Shown: positions 24,424 through 38,170, counted from the first letter of the stretch. The stretch is 60,988 bases of DNA from Entomortierella parvispora E1425 (GCA_020891255.1 BQFW01000018.1:1-60988), one strand, 5' to 3'. The notes: a model not told the origin generated them from the sequence alone. Numbers and translations: made by a program.

Positions 24424-27231
24424 GCGCCTTGCTACCAACCTTTCGCGCCTTGCCACCATGAATTACGTCCAATAAAGTCCAATTAGATGGCGTACTGATC
24501 ATTTGAAGGGCTTTGGGACCTGGGACCATGATCAGAATCCAGAAGACTATGACGTCAAGTTGGTTCCTCGTGCCAGAGCCTGGGTCCCACGTGCTAGAGC
24601 CTTGTAAACCCACAAAAAAAAAAAAAAAAAAAAGGTTGGCCTCCCGTGCTAGAGCCCTGTAAATCTTGACCCATCATTTTCGGTGGCAAGTTCAGGACCT
24701 GGGGCCCTGGTACCTTGGTTGTAGGTCGTCCCCTCATGTATCTTTCTAGTGATGCCATCGGGATCCCGGTATCTTGGCTAGATCGCGAGCATCATGACAT
24801 CAAAGGGGGCCTCCCGTGCTAAACCCATGTAAGGTTGGTGGCGTTGGGTCGACTTTTCGGTGTTTTTAGGGTCGTTTGGGGCCCTTTTTCGGTGGCAAGG
24901 TCAGATGCTGGGGCCCTGGTTCCTTGGATCATGGTAGTACTCGGTTGAGGCTATTGAATGATGGTATCAGGAACACAGAACCCTAATCAGGATCTCGAGC
25001 ATCTTGAGATCAAAGTTGGGCCCCGAGTGGTCCCCCGTGCTAGAGCCATGTAAACCCAGCTTTTTTTTTTTTTTTTTTTTTTTTTGTGCCCCCCCGTGCT
25101 AGAGCCATGTAAAACGAAACGCATTTTCTTAACCAAATTATGACGTCGACTTTGCTCTGGTTAGCTGACGTCATGCAAACTGGCCCCGTGCTAGAGCCAT
25201 GTAAAAGAAAACGCGTTACTTAACGTGTACTTAACGTGTACTTAACGTGTACTTAACGTCGCCTCGGTGTTGTTGTGACGTCGACTTTTGTTTTTTTGTA
25301 CAAGTCCAGCTTGTAGTCTCTCTCGACCCAGCCCTCTCTTCTCGCTACGTGACCTGCCAAAGGTGGTCATGTCCTCGTGGAGGGTCTGGAGGAAAATGTG
25401 GCCATTTTCATACTGTAAGCTACTTTTTTAATCTTTTGTAGGTAATATCTCGATTAATAATGCTTCAATCTTCTTCCTTTTAGCTTTGATGGATGGGTAC
25501 CATCGAGGAGAATGTATGATGCAAGTTGAAGACCTCTAGGTAATGAATGGCAGAAGCAATGGTGATGTATGTGTTTTCTGGTTGTCCTGATGGGCAGGTG
25601 GTATGTGCAAGATTTTTTTGTGCGGAATTGGGCACCCCTTAAATGATCGTGCCAGGCCCATGTAAAATTAAACTTTTTTTTTCTCTCTTGGATGGATCGC
25701 AGCTCGGCAAGTAATGGTCCAATCGTCTTCCCTTAGCTTGTTGGGTGGGCGCCATCGAGAAGGACGTGTGGTGAAAGTTGTAGAACTCTAGGTAGTGAAT
25801 GGCAGAAGCAATGGTGATGCATGTGTTTTTTTTGCCAGCCAATGGGGTCTTGAGCACAATTTTTTTTTTGTTTGCGATACTTATCCTTTTGTGTTCAAGA
25901 TGCAGGCCTTCCAAGACTCCATTCCCCATAAGCATACTCAAATACCCGCCATGGATGCTCTGTTGTGAGTATCTGGTTTCCCTCGCCCTTCTAGAGACAA
26001 GTCTGGGGTTTTTTTTTACAGCAACAAAAAAAAAAAAAAAGGTACTGAATGGTCTGGGTTATGTTTTTTATTTGAACCTCCAACCCGCTCCTTATCCTTG
26101 ATTATCGTCCTTCTTCTCCTTGCCCTTCTTGGTGGGGGTTACTGCGTTGAGGGCCATTTGGATCATGTTTTGGCCCCTGTTAGCACCGGCACCAGATCCT
26201 CTTGGCCTGCCCTGACCCCTCTTGGCGGGCGAAGGTTGACTGCTGCTGCTGCCAGCCTCTTCTTGTGCAGGCACAGAAGAGGAGATAGCAGAGCTGGACC
26301 TCTTGTCCAAGCTGACTTGAGAGAGTGTGGAAGAGGAGGCTCCCGCTTGTGAGTGTGTAAAGCCCCTGCTCTGCTACTCTGACCAAAAGCATAGAGAGGA
26401 GCTCCAGCAGTGGAGCTACTGCTCTTGATGGACACCGCAGACGCGACCTATAGTAGTAAATGATGTAAAGAATATGAGTTAAATGTCTTGACGTGTGCTA
26501 GCCGGTGCAGTACCTCTTTACCGAAGATGGAACCACAGGCAGAGTATCATAGGCCCGCGTTTGGCTAGGTGCTGACCCTTGTGCAGCAGACACGGAGGAC
26601 AAGAATGTTGCGAGGGCAGCCTAAGAGTCAAGATTTTTTTTTTAAAAAAAAAAACGTTAGAAGCAACGGCGGCAAAAAGAGATCAAGGAACTTTCTGTCA
26701 TTACCCGTGGCCCTTCCTCTGGCATGGGTCTCTCCTCGGCCGAAATGATGGAGGTGGTTAGCGTCATGCGAACCAACTATAATAGAGAAGGAGGAAAAGG
26801 AGCCAGAAGTAAGTTGTTACGTGGAGTAAAAGACTGTTCAATGAGTTGTGATGCTGTACATCCGCCTCGGCCGGATCCGAGCGTGTGAGGGGGGATGGGG
26901 AATGGGCGGAATAGTTTTGCAACACCGAAGGGAGGTGTTGTGGTGGGGGTGGGGGTGGTGTTGTTGGTGTGGGACCTTGTCTTTGGGTTGAATCGGATGA
27001 CCCCTTTATGGCGCGGATGAAGAACGTAGAAAAAGAGAAAAGGTTCAACAAAAGAAGCAGTAGATATAAGGAATACTGTAGATGTAACCATGGGGGCTCT
27101 TTACTTACCGAAACATAGGATCCAGACCCGTAACCGAATGACCGCGGTGAACGACCGGACAAGACCTGAAGAAGAAGGAAGGATGGAAAGAGTGAGCAAA
27201 AAAGTAGATTTGGTCAGTGAAAGACTTTCTT

Positions 27232-27264
<33 letters not shown>

Positions 27265-30200
27265 TTTTTTGGCCTTCATTGTGAGGATCCACTGTGGTGA
27301 GGTCGTGCCCATGAAAAGAGATTGAAAAAAAAAAAAAAGACGAATTACCTCATGACGTCCCAAGAGAGGCGTGTCATACAGCTCGAATTCTTCGTCATAG
27401 GTGAACCGAGGGTTCTCTGGGCGCCTGGACGATGGGCGGTATTGCTGAAACTCAGATGAGGGCAAGGTGCAGGTTGGGAGCGGGAATCATACTCCCAGTC
27501 TCTGGCGTAAGAGGCCTCCCGCTGTTGGATAGTCCTGACCAGAGTGGGTGCTGAACCATCATCGGGTGTCTCAGTCACCTGGGCAAGAGAAGGTATGATG
27601 GAGGGTGAGCCACCTCTTCTCAGTTGTGCAAGTATAGCATATAGCAACAACAATGAAAAAGAAGAAAAACAAAAGAGGAAAATAAAAGCTGGAAATACGA
27701 ACCGTCTGTCCAAAAGCTCGCGCGACCGGCAAGTTCTCGAACGAAGGTGTGCAGGGAATGATCCTGGCTGGACCTTCGAGAACAAACTTGTGGGTGAACC
27801 CACGGCCCTGAACCTCATATTCGTTAATCATATAGTGTCCGCAGAAATCATTGACATCTCCCGCCTTGATTTTGCCGCTGATCATGTCCCGCACGAGCTG
27901 CTGATGGGGGCTCGGAGGAATTTTGGCGCGATCCACACAAGACAAAATTATGTTGGCCTTGGGGCTGGCCCCCTGGAAGGGCATCTTCACAAAGATGATA
28001 ATGTCCGACGTGGGGCTGTTGTCCTTCCTCACAGGCGAATCAGTGATGACGAGCATGGTAGAGTTGATGTAGATGGAGTGGTGTGGAGAAAGAGAGCGAT
28101 AGTGGCAAAAAAAAAAAAAAAAAAGGCTTAAAAAGGCTTAAAAAGGCGTCCACTGGCTGTTTTGCCAGGAGGGTCTCGAGTACTTGCCGCTTTGGATGCT
28201 CCACGGGAAGGTTGTGATTGTGCCATGGCTGTGTAGTCGAGTTCGAGGTCTAAGGGAGGTCAAAGGATGCCTTAGATGCGTGGTTGGAGAGAGATAGGAC
28301 AGAGAAAAGTGTCGCGTCCAGGTCGCGTCCAGTCCGCGTCCGAGCGGGGTTTTTGTTCATCCTAGGCAGCGCGTCTTACCTTGAAGTAAAAGCGATTATG
28401 AATGCAGCTCTGAGTGCAAGTGTTTGTTTTTTGGCGCAAAGAGTGGTGGTTGTAGCTGCGTTGGTGCGAGAAAGGATGGAGGAACAGGCTGAACAGAGCC
28501 AAAAAAGAGAACCGAAAAAACTGGACCTTCTGACGTCACCGAATTATTTTTCGCAAAAATAAAGTCACTCAAGAAGCTCAATGTTGGCCCAATGCGATGC
28601 TCCTCACCTTTGCCCTGTTCTTTGTATGGTCGACCATTGTACCCTTCTATCGTTCCTTTTGACTCGAGCACAACATGACAGAATAAAGAAGGTACACAAG
28701 TGGTCATTGAGCCAATCATATGGTTCAGTTGGGGGATTACTCGTGTTGTCATTAATGGATGGTCCATGCCTTTGCTCAATGCCTGTGGACATTTTCTAAA
28801 AGAGCTGCAGGCGTCGACGACAATGAGGACGTATCAGAGTCGCCGTCATTGCAGGGACGATTGTCACAAAGTCGTAGCAGTGGCCATGGTCTTTTCGGCT
28901 CGAGTTCGTCTGCATCTGCATCGCGCCAGCGGTGAGTGGGTTGTTTCATGTGGAGTGACTTTGGGAAATGCTGCCGTGAACTCAACAACCGACTCCATTG
29001 CCTTTATGCATATAGACATCCTAGCAGGGGCGACTCTAGTATGGAGCAGCTGGAAAGGCTTGGATCAGCACTGTCCATTGAGGACCCCAGAGAGTCTCCA
29101 GCGCCCTCGACGGGCTTGATGTCGGGCACCCAGGAAGCAGAGGACGATGGCAATGACCATGGCAGCGACAATGAGGAGAACGCATCAGCCCTGGCTGGAC
29201 AAGGACCGTCGCCGCCGCCACAACAACGACGCCAACGCCGACGACGGGCACTTCCAGCCCAGCCACCGCCTGTCCTCCATCCGATGACATACAGGAGCAG
29301 CCTAGAGAATGCTCAACGTCCCTCTGAATATTTTTGCTGCGTGTGCTGCCGGATCCTTTTTCGGGAAGAGACGGTGCCCCTGATTGTGGCAGAAGCACTG
29401 CAAGAAGCACTGCAAGTGGACCCTGCCTTTGAACTCGACGCTGTACAATGGCCCTGTTTGCAATACGTTGTCGAACCAACAAGGAAAAGAAACAACCTCA
29501 CGGCGTGCAAGTCTCACCAGCATTTGACCAACAAATCATTGGAATGGGTCTTTTTTTTTTTTTTTTTTTTTTTAAAAAAAACCCCCCTTTCCCTCATATT
29601 AACAGTCTGCATGTTTCAATCTAGATGGCCTTTGTCAATGATAACTGAGGGAATCCACTGAGACGGGTGGATCAGCATGGCAACGTTGTCTTGGAAAACG
29701 TTCCAGTGGCGCTCAGAGGACTGTACTGGAGCGATTTTCGATACCTGTGTCGGGTCATGACCTTTAGTTCGTTGATGCCCTCCGTCCCTGGTCAGTCCCT
29801 GTCCTTTCCATGCGTCAGTGGACATGTTTCGATCTACCGATCAAGGTTATCGCTCAACTCCAATGCAGGCATGACCTCGTTCGTTCAGGATGCGACAGTA
29901 CCTCCCGCCGACCGGAGCCGCATCATCAGGGCGTGGAACTGGCTCCGTGTCCACAATCCAGAGTGGCTGAATTGTCCGCCAGTACCAGCCATGCCGGAGC
30001 AAATTGGGGAGGGCCTTGTGAACATTGGGAATGGGCAGGCCGAGCATATGGGCCAACTGAATTTCCCAGGAGTGTTTTGTGCAGGCATGGACCCAGGTCC
30101 TAGGGCCGCGGACGCCCAGATGGAGAACTTGGTCGTAGGCGTGAATGTAGAGGATGACACAGGAGTGACCTTCAAGAGCCCCACGCTGATGCTCAATCTC

Positions 30201-30514
30201 TTTCCCGATCTCTTTCCGTATGGGCATGGTGACTTCAAGTTGGAGCATTACAAGACAAACCTGCGACAGGCACCAGAGGCTGTGCAGGGAGAAGACATTC
30301 CAATGGAACCAGAAGGGGAGCAAGAAGTCGTAGACGCTGGCGCAGAGGAGCTTTCAGAATTTGAACCATTTGACATTGAACCATTTGACGTTGACAGTCT
30401 TGGCCTGGATCCAGACCAGGGCGGGGACGTCAGCATCGACAGCGACCCTGACGGAGATGACGACGACGACGACGACCCTGGCGACGATGAAGACGAAGAT
30501 TCTGATGTGGATAT
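24424..30514 (+). repeat. ~6.1-kb segmental duplication, copy 2 (begins with IGS-derived DNA to 25314)
   Basis: Colinear with 11805-17939. Confidence 0.9.
26092..28060 (-). pseudogene. Copy 2 of the possible OB-like/AT-hook gene
   Basis: KRGQGRPRG..TKKGKEKKDDNQG* at 26092-26310; upstream exon 27571-28056 is nearly identical to copy 1. Confidence 0.4.
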
Positions 30515-31847
30515 GGACGTGGAGGATGAAGAAAATGAAGCGACCAGGGAAAGCACAGCAATTCAGTATCAGGGTGTTCTGCGTCGCCTTCAACCGGAAT
30601 GGCACCGTGTTCTTTCATACATTCTCTCGAAATGGGCTCCAAAGGTGATTGGCAAGGTGAAGGACTATGCCTGGGTCACAAGTTTCAGCAAAGAGAAGCG
30701 CCTCATGTCCATTTTGTCCTCTGGTCCGAGCGAACTGTTGACGAGTTGATAACCCAAAACAACTCTGGAGACCCGACAAAGGTTGTTGTTTCCTGCAAGC
30801 GACGCACTGGAGACCCGATCGTGGATGGACTCGTCGCTCTACACCAGATGCACCGCCACACGCCCTATTACTGCATGAAACAGTCCAAAAAATGTCACTT
30901 TGGATTCCCCATGGTTGTCTCGGACAAGACCGTTTTTGATGAGGACACTGGAAAAGTGGTCTTGGAGCGAGGTCAGGAGGACATGTACGTGAATGCCTAC
31001 AACCCCGATATCCTGAAGATCTGTCGCTCCAACATCGGTATTCAATTGAACAAGGGATCTCGGTCGATTGATTGTCTGCACAAGTACACGTCACAGGTAT
31101 CCAGTCTTTCGGAGGGCGTCATTCAAGAAGTACCAGTGGACCTGCAACAGCCGCCGCCTCAAAACAGACAGAGACTGCGCGACTAGTATGGGAAGTCGGG
31201 TAAGTTTTTTCTTTTCTTTTATTTTCTCAAGGAAACTGAAAAAGTGGAGATTCACCCCAGTCCCCAGTGTCTCTTTGCCCATCTAGTATTCTACTATAAC
31301 CGTCTGTGCATGCCCGAAATATGCATGGATCTGCTGGAATTATCACTGTCGCTGTCGTCCGGTCGTGTACTTGCCCACCCACGACAAAGACCAGCGAAGG
31401 AATCTATTAAGAACGGCGGCAGACTTGGCAGCAGAGGCGGACGAGTCTGACAACATCTTTCTGGATGGGATTTGGGTCAAGTACCTGAACCTGCCCGCAG
31501 GTACGGCTTTCAACGACCTGACCTACGAAGAGTTTTATGAACAATACCAGCAATATTTTGGACCGAAAGCGACCGCCTTGCCACCCTATGACGCAGAAGA
31601 CTATGCACAGTTGATCCTATTCAAGGACAAGACCAGTCGTCGCAAGTGCAAGGCAGTCGGGGGTGCGATCACAAGAGTCCGGCCCATCCCCATGTCCTCT
31701 ATGGAGGAGGCCTGCAATCACCTGTTGATGTTGAAGGTGCCCATGAGGGTTGACTGTGATGAGTGGCTGGAGGTCGCTGGGTGCGAGTCCGTGTTTGAGC
31801 TTACGGTCGCTTGGCTGTGCAAGTCTTGGAGCAGAGCCCTTCGATGA
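29041..31847 (+). pseudogene. Helitron2/Helentron-type RepHel remnant including the HUH Rep domain; helicase missing
   Basis: WLRVHNP, LFPDLFPYGHG, GKVKDYAWV / FQQREAPHVHFVLW (HUH motif), HQMHRHT..C...CHFGFP, VNAYNP..CRSNIGIQ, CLHKY (YxxKY with the first Tyr lost), DNIF..KY...LTYEEF, LLMLKVPMR. Premature TGA near 29646 and frameshifts. Confidence 0.85.
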
Positions 31848-31899
31848 CAACTGATCCAACATCGTTACCTGAAGGTGAATTTGCGGTTTACGTCGGGTG

Positions 31900-32240
31900 C
31901 AAGTTTCAAGCCTCTAGGACATGCATGGGCCGAGTAATGGATGTGCATGGCCAGCCATTCGTTCGTTCTCACAATGCGTACTAGATCGATGTAAAGTTGG
32001 TGGCGGTGTACTAAACCCATGTGTAAAAAGAGTCTGTACTGACCCCTGTAAACAAGTCTGTCTGGAGTCTGTGCTAAATCCATGTAAAAACAAGCTATTT
32101 CTATTTTATTTTTCATGGGAACTGGTTCAATCGTCTATCCTGTAGCTTTATTGGATGGACGCCATAGAGGAGGATGAGCGGCACAAGTTATAGCACTCTG
32201 AATGGAAAGAGTAATGGAGATGCATGTGTTTTGAACACCC
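31900..32240 (+). repeat. ~250-bp repeat family cluster 3, separating the Rep remnant from CRN 2
   Basis: cccatgt..aaaa, gttcaatcgtc, tagctttattggatgg, gatgcatgtg motifs. Confidence 0.7.
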
Positions 32241-32399
32241 ATGGGTCTCCCAGAGGGGTCTTTGGGAAAGAAGAGAGAGGGAAAAAACACAGCTAAAATG
32301 GCCCAAAAAGGAAACTGAAAACAAAAAAAACCGATTTTGATCAAATCCCTTGGGGATCGTGTGCGCACGTCCAGAAGCCTCGTGTCCGTTTCGATTGTT

Positions 32400-33810
32400 T
32401 GTAGGCATTCATACCTGAATGTCTTCCCTTGTGCTTTCGAACAGGTTGGTGATAAAGTCCGAGAGCACGTTTTCTCTGTGATGTCGAAGCCTGTGGATCT
32501 GGCGGAATGGAACATCGGATATGCCCTTATCGAACAGTACGTGCGGACAAACTTGCAAGAGAGTCCACCTTGCACACGAAAAGGTTGCGCTGGCGCCAGT
32601 GACAGATAAACAGTGACGAAGGATGAGCAGGCGAGAGATGGAGAGCAAAAGTGTCGTCTTTATTGCATAGGCGTTGTTCACAAGTCGGTCTTCCAGAAAG
32701 GATTTCCGAGTTTCATGTAAATGCTGTCGACCGTAGAGTGAAAGGTCATCATGTCCGCAGATCCCCAGTCACCACTTAAAGCATTGAAATAAAAGCCCCA
32801 GTGTTAAGAGTGGAGCTCGATGATCTCGATGACAGCGCGAGTCTAACCACAACCAGATACACCAAAAACCTAAACAAAAAAGAAATCAACTGTTAGAAAA
32901 AGGTATGGTTGAGCAACACATAAGGATCCGACACAAGGCCTCTTACGGGGGTATAGTTGTTCTCTTTCACCATGTTCAGACTAGACCCAGCCGCTAGATT
33001 CCTTGATGTTGAGTCCGGAGAAAAGGGGTCGGGAAGATCCATGAATAAAAGAATAGGTCGTGTGGATGGTGGATGGCCGAATTGGTGACGCCATACTCTT
33101 GGCAAGCCTCGAATGGATCCGGATGTGTCATCAAGATGCTTCTCGCCCTTCACGAATGCGTCGAGAAAAGTGGCGATTTTTCCTGGTGCAAAGAATCTGT
33201 CCGCAATCCGTTTTGATATAGATCCTGAGGTCATCTATTAACATAAATAAGGGATTAGTTCGGCTACACAAGGTTAATTACAAGAAATGTAAAGCAGTTT
33301 CGGAAGACTCACCAGACAATGGCGTGCCAGGACGAGATGCATCCGAGAATGGAGTAGAGCTGCGTGCACGGGCCGGGGCAGGGACAGCGAGAGGAGCTTG
33401 AACTATATCGGAGTGAGTACACGTGGAAAGCAGAGTTAGAGACAATTGGTAACAATCATTCTTGAAATTAAATGTCAAGCAATGCTGCATTACCTGGTCG
33501 CTGGACAATGATGTGAATAGTGTCCTCGGGCAATTCAGTGGCAAAGACCTTGGAAAGCTTGGAAGTCGCCTTGAGTTTCTTCTTGTCGCCCTCGGGGATA
33601 TTGTTGATGAAGATGGGGGGCCTCTTCGTTGTCGTCATCGGAGACAGCAATGGAGACAGACCACAGGGTAAGGTCCTTTGCGGTAATGTCGTCGAAGTCA
33701 GGGGTCTGCTTGATCTTGATTGCATCCTTGAGGTCATCAACGGTGTCGCTGGAGGCAATCTTGACAGAGAACAGGCTCAGGTGGTTGTCAGTCATGGTGT
33801 TACGAAGCAT
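32400..33810 (-). pseudogene. Crinkler (CRN)-type gene remnant 2: ubiquitin-like N-terminus plus NTPase-region fragments
   Basis: MTDNHLSLF..SSDTVDDLKDAIK..DDITAKDLTLWSVSI, LPEDTIHIIVQRP (HVLV-type motif), introns at ~33493 and ~33310, DRFFAPG..RGLPRVW..LLFMDLPDP, HWGFYFNA..DWGS; frameshifts and deletions. Confidence 0.8.
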
Positions 33811-34785
33811 AGGAAGAGGTGGTGATGTCTGAAGGAAGAAGGTGAAGCTGAAGAAAGGAAGGGAAAAGGTAGACGAATAAAGGGAAAGGGTATAAAAGCA
33901 AAGGAGGCGTGGCAGTGGTGGAGAAGGTGATGGGCGTGGCGGCAAATGGAGTTGCATGGAGGATATCCCTGCAACTACTACTGTAATAAATTCGGTGACG
34001 ACATGAAGTCCTGCAGCTACTTAAGGGGTATAATGGGCCGAAACTTTCAGACGAAAATGACTGCAAAGAATCTTCATTCTTACCCGTCCTCACCACAATC
34101 ATCATTGCTGTCTTCGTAGCTATCCTCACATCTATCCTCAGGTACAGTCCTTACGAGCATTCTTTCATTGCGCTTGCAAGACGTTAAAGAAATGAAAGAC
34201 GCATACGCCATTTCCCTCATTTATCGGCTCCCTCATCCTATTATTCTCTCTGGCCTGATTCTGAACCGCGATTTTGACTTCACAAGGTACTGTACTCCGA
34301 AATGTCAGGCTAGCAGGTCTACTGTTTTCACTTCTTTGCATCAAAAGAGTGATTGTGGTGTCATGTTGGCTTCGATGACCGTAACATCTTGCCGAAATGT
34401 GCTGATTCTTTTTTAGCCACCGCTGTTCAGCTTGATACAGGGCGGCAGAGGGGCGGAAAGTGGAGCATGGCAAGGTGGTAGCTTGCTTTGGCGCTTCCTA
34501 TGACTGGGAATGTCCAACATGCTAAACAGTCGTCACACCTGCAGATAAAACATCCTTTCAATATACGCTCATTTTTTCTTAGCAGCCACTGTTTAGCTTT
34601 TGCGCGGCAGAGGGGCGGAAGAAGGAGCGTGGAACGATGGTGCTTGGGAAATTACTTGTGTTTTACCACGAAGATAACCCTCTCACTCTGCTAATTCGGT
34701 AAATTTTTTTTCCTACAAGACCGAGTCATAAGCTCTCTCTAACAGCCTTCGTCATCCGGACTAGTACACTGCTGTGCCTTCGGTC

Positions 34786-36622
34786 ATGGAATTTGAGAGA
34801 AAGGGAGGCCGCCAAGACCGTACAGTTATTGATACAGACAGCTCGGCTACGGCACATATCAAATGGGCTCTGAAAGCGCTGGAGGAGGGAGAAAAGATAA
34901 CCGTGCCAGGTTTTGTAAAGGCTTTCGGCTATTCTTCTGAGCAAAATGCTAATGAGGCCTATTTGAAGCTTATCTCATCGTCCAATTTCACACAACCATT
35001 GCGCTCGCGTCTTGACAAGAATTACAAGACATGGTTGGACAATCACGCCTTGACGTTTTGGGCAGAGAGGTCAGTTGCTCTCAAGGCCAAGCTTGCGCTT
35101 ACGGCTACTGCTGCAGACATGGTGGATGGAGGCAGGCCAATCGCACATTGTGTTCTTCAGGAGGAATCAGACGCCTTTGTTCAATCACGTGAATCTTTGT
35201 CTCTTGGTAAGTTTTTGCATTGAGGCGCAGCGACTGCATGCGAATATGCCATGCATTAACCCAGTTGCCATCTTTATTGTAGCAGGCCAGAAGCATCTAC
35301 ATGATACATTTGACGGCGAAGGTTCTCAAAACAAATGTACCAAGAGTTCAAAGAGATCGACCACTGCAAACGAAACCATCAGTAAGCACAACCTGTCCAG
35401 TCGATCTGAGGTGTGTATTCTGAACATGATGTATTTTTTTCGATTGTTATGACTCTGGTTCGGCGTTCACTGATCTTATTTAAATGATCAAAAGGCGACC
35501 TATCCTTCTCGTCCTCGCTGTATTGGATCCCCATCACCTCTGCCTTCAAGTTTGTTTCCTCCGATTGGATCATCAAAATTACCCCCGCCAGTAAACTCGA
35601 CAGAAGGACTTCAATATGCTGTGGTTAATCAGCGCACTGAATGGTCGTCAGACGGAGTTGATATTGGACTGTTGTTTAAGGCGTATAAACAGCACTGTAC
35701 GGCGTCCTTGGACTTGGCGATAGATGATATCATCGACCTCACGGCAGACTCGCATTTCATCGCCATCATCAGCGACACAGAATTCAGTGCTGTTCTCAGC
35801 GACTTCCCGAAATTCGAAAGTGATTCAGAAGAACTTGTGGAGCTCACATTGGCTCTTGGAGGTGTCTGTTCGTATGAGCAGTTCCGAGATAGGGTGTTCA
35901 ATGATGCTCCGAACACGCCTATCCGTCGGTTCTTGTTCAGAATCGTTGACTGTTATTCGAGATATTTCCCAAAGCACATGGATATCCCGCACCTTCTTGA
36001 ACGACAAGCCATGTTCGATCTCCTCTGCCCGTTCATCCGTGGAGCCCTCTTGGTATATGACGTCGAATCTGACGTAAGTGAAATTGCCATTATTGGATCA
36101 GGACAGCGCAAGAACTTTGGGAAAGATGCATCCGACAAACAAAGCAAGTGTCGGCGAGCCGACATCACGGGGAACGATGGCATGGGTAACCAAGTTCTTC
36201 TTGCAGAATGCTCAAAGATCTACGAAAAGGATATACGCAAGTTCAAGGAGGATCGACGGAAGCTGGCACGAGCAATGAAAGACAGCTGGGATTTGACTGT
36301 TAGGAAGTTTGCCGAGGACCAAAGCCGCCCGCCTGAGAATCTGTCTGTCTTTGGGCTGCAAGTGTTTGACGAGAAACTTTTTTTCTTGAAGCTGGACTAC
36401 CGCGGCCATTACCGACTCTGGCAAATCGAAACTGCTCAGCTCCCCATGCGCCATCATAATTTTTTCGAGAAGACAGCCATCTGCAGTAAAATCGCGCTCA
36501 AGTTTGCCGCTGCTGTTGCCAAGGAGATCGGCCAGAGGAAAAAACTGTCAATGATATCTTCTGCTGAAGCACTTATGCTTTCACGTGCGTCACGCAGACT
36601 TAAGCGAACTACGGACTCATAA
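34786..36622 (+). CDS. PD-(D/E)xK nuclease C, multi-exon
   Basis: Exon 1 to donor ~35208; long last exon with LLERQAMFDLLCPFI, RRADITG..QVLLAECSK, DRRKLARAMKD. Stop at 36620-36622. Confidence 0.7.
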
Positions 36623-36729
36623 GAACGGAATGCCAGTAGGATCGTCAGAACCGGGACCTAGGATTAGGACTTCTAGCAAAGTCCTTCAGCTTCAGGTACA
36701 GCAGTACCATGAATAAAGAGCCATCACCC

Positions 36730-38170
36730 CTTTTTTTTTGGTGGATTATAGATCGATGGAAACAATTGTAATCTCTTTCCCTTTCGCTTTGTTAGACGGG
36801 TACCATGGAAGAAGATATATCATACAAGTTGTAGAACTCTGGATTGAGAATGGAAGGAGTAATGGAGTGCATGTAGATCCATGTCAGTAGACAAACTCGA
36901 CCCTGCGCGAGATCCTTGTAAAAATAAGCCATTGTATTTCGAGTATATCGAATTTACTTGAGTGTGCCCACAAGTTGAGTGCGGCAAGTTATCCAACCAT
37001 TCTGAACGAAGAGTCCACTAACAGGATAGAGACCTTGTTCATGCTCACGGTTCCTCGCCCTGGCTGATTCTCTCCCATGCAATCTACTACCAGCATCTCT
37101 TCAATCCCAGCGGCTCTCTCATGCTTCAGCCTCTCGGCGCCTACACCTCTTTCGCGCAATGCGAAAGCAACCGCGGGAACATGTAGACCGGTAGCTGTCT
37201 GCACCCTCAGCTCATACTTCAAAGAACCCACATAGTCGATTCACAGCGACGACTGCAGCCCTTGACGAACCCCCTTCTTCCTCTCCTCGCAGCTCCTGCT
37301 CTTCTTGGGTGAAATTGAGCACCCCTTAACTGTCTGTGCCACACCCATGTAAAAATAGCCTTTTTTTTCACTTGGATGGACCATAGCTCTATGAATATTG
37401 GTTCAATTTCCTTCCCTTTAGCTTTGTTGGTGGGGCACCATCGAGGAGGATGCATAGTACCAGTTGTAGAACTCTGGGTTCTGAATGGCAGAAGTGATGG
37501 TGATGCATGTGTTTTTGTCAGCCATTTGGGTTGAGGGCACCAAGAACTGAACTAGTTCAAAATTGAGCACCCCTTAAATGCCTATGCTGGACCCATGTAA
37601 AAATAAGCTTTTTTTTTTCTCTTGGATGGATCTTAGCTCGATGAATAATGGTTCAATATCCTTCCCATTAGCTTTGTTACATGGGCACCATCAAGGGGGA
37701 TGCATGGCACAAGTTATGTACCTTTTGGTTGTGAATGGCAGGAGTAATGGTGATGCATGTGATTTTGTTTTGCCCTGATGGGCAGATGTATGCAAAGTGA
37801 GGTCTGTTGAGAAATGAGCACCCCTTAAGTTTCACCTGAGGAGTCGCTTGGACGCGTTTGGGTGGTATTATTCGAATCGAATCACCCTTTGATTCGCCAC
37901 ACGTCGAATCGAATAAGTGCGTTGTTCGTATTCGATATGTCGAATCGAATCCGGATCGAATGTCGAATATCGAATTTTTCTGAAAATCCGTGAAAAATTA
38001 TCATTTTTTTTCTCGTGGATGGATCGTAGCTCTATGAATAATGGTTCAATCCTCTTCTCTTTAGCTTTGTTGGTGGGGCACGATCGAGAAGGATGTATGA
38101 TATTAGTTGTGGCGCTCTGGGTTGTGAATTGCTTGAGCAATGGTGATGCATGTGCTTTTTAGTTAGTGGC
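36730..38170 (+). repeat. ~250-bp repeat family cluster 4 (several units; TTAA ends at 37329, 37577, 37828)
   Basis: Spacing of successive CCCCTTAA ends is 248 and 251 bp. Confidence 0.85.
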
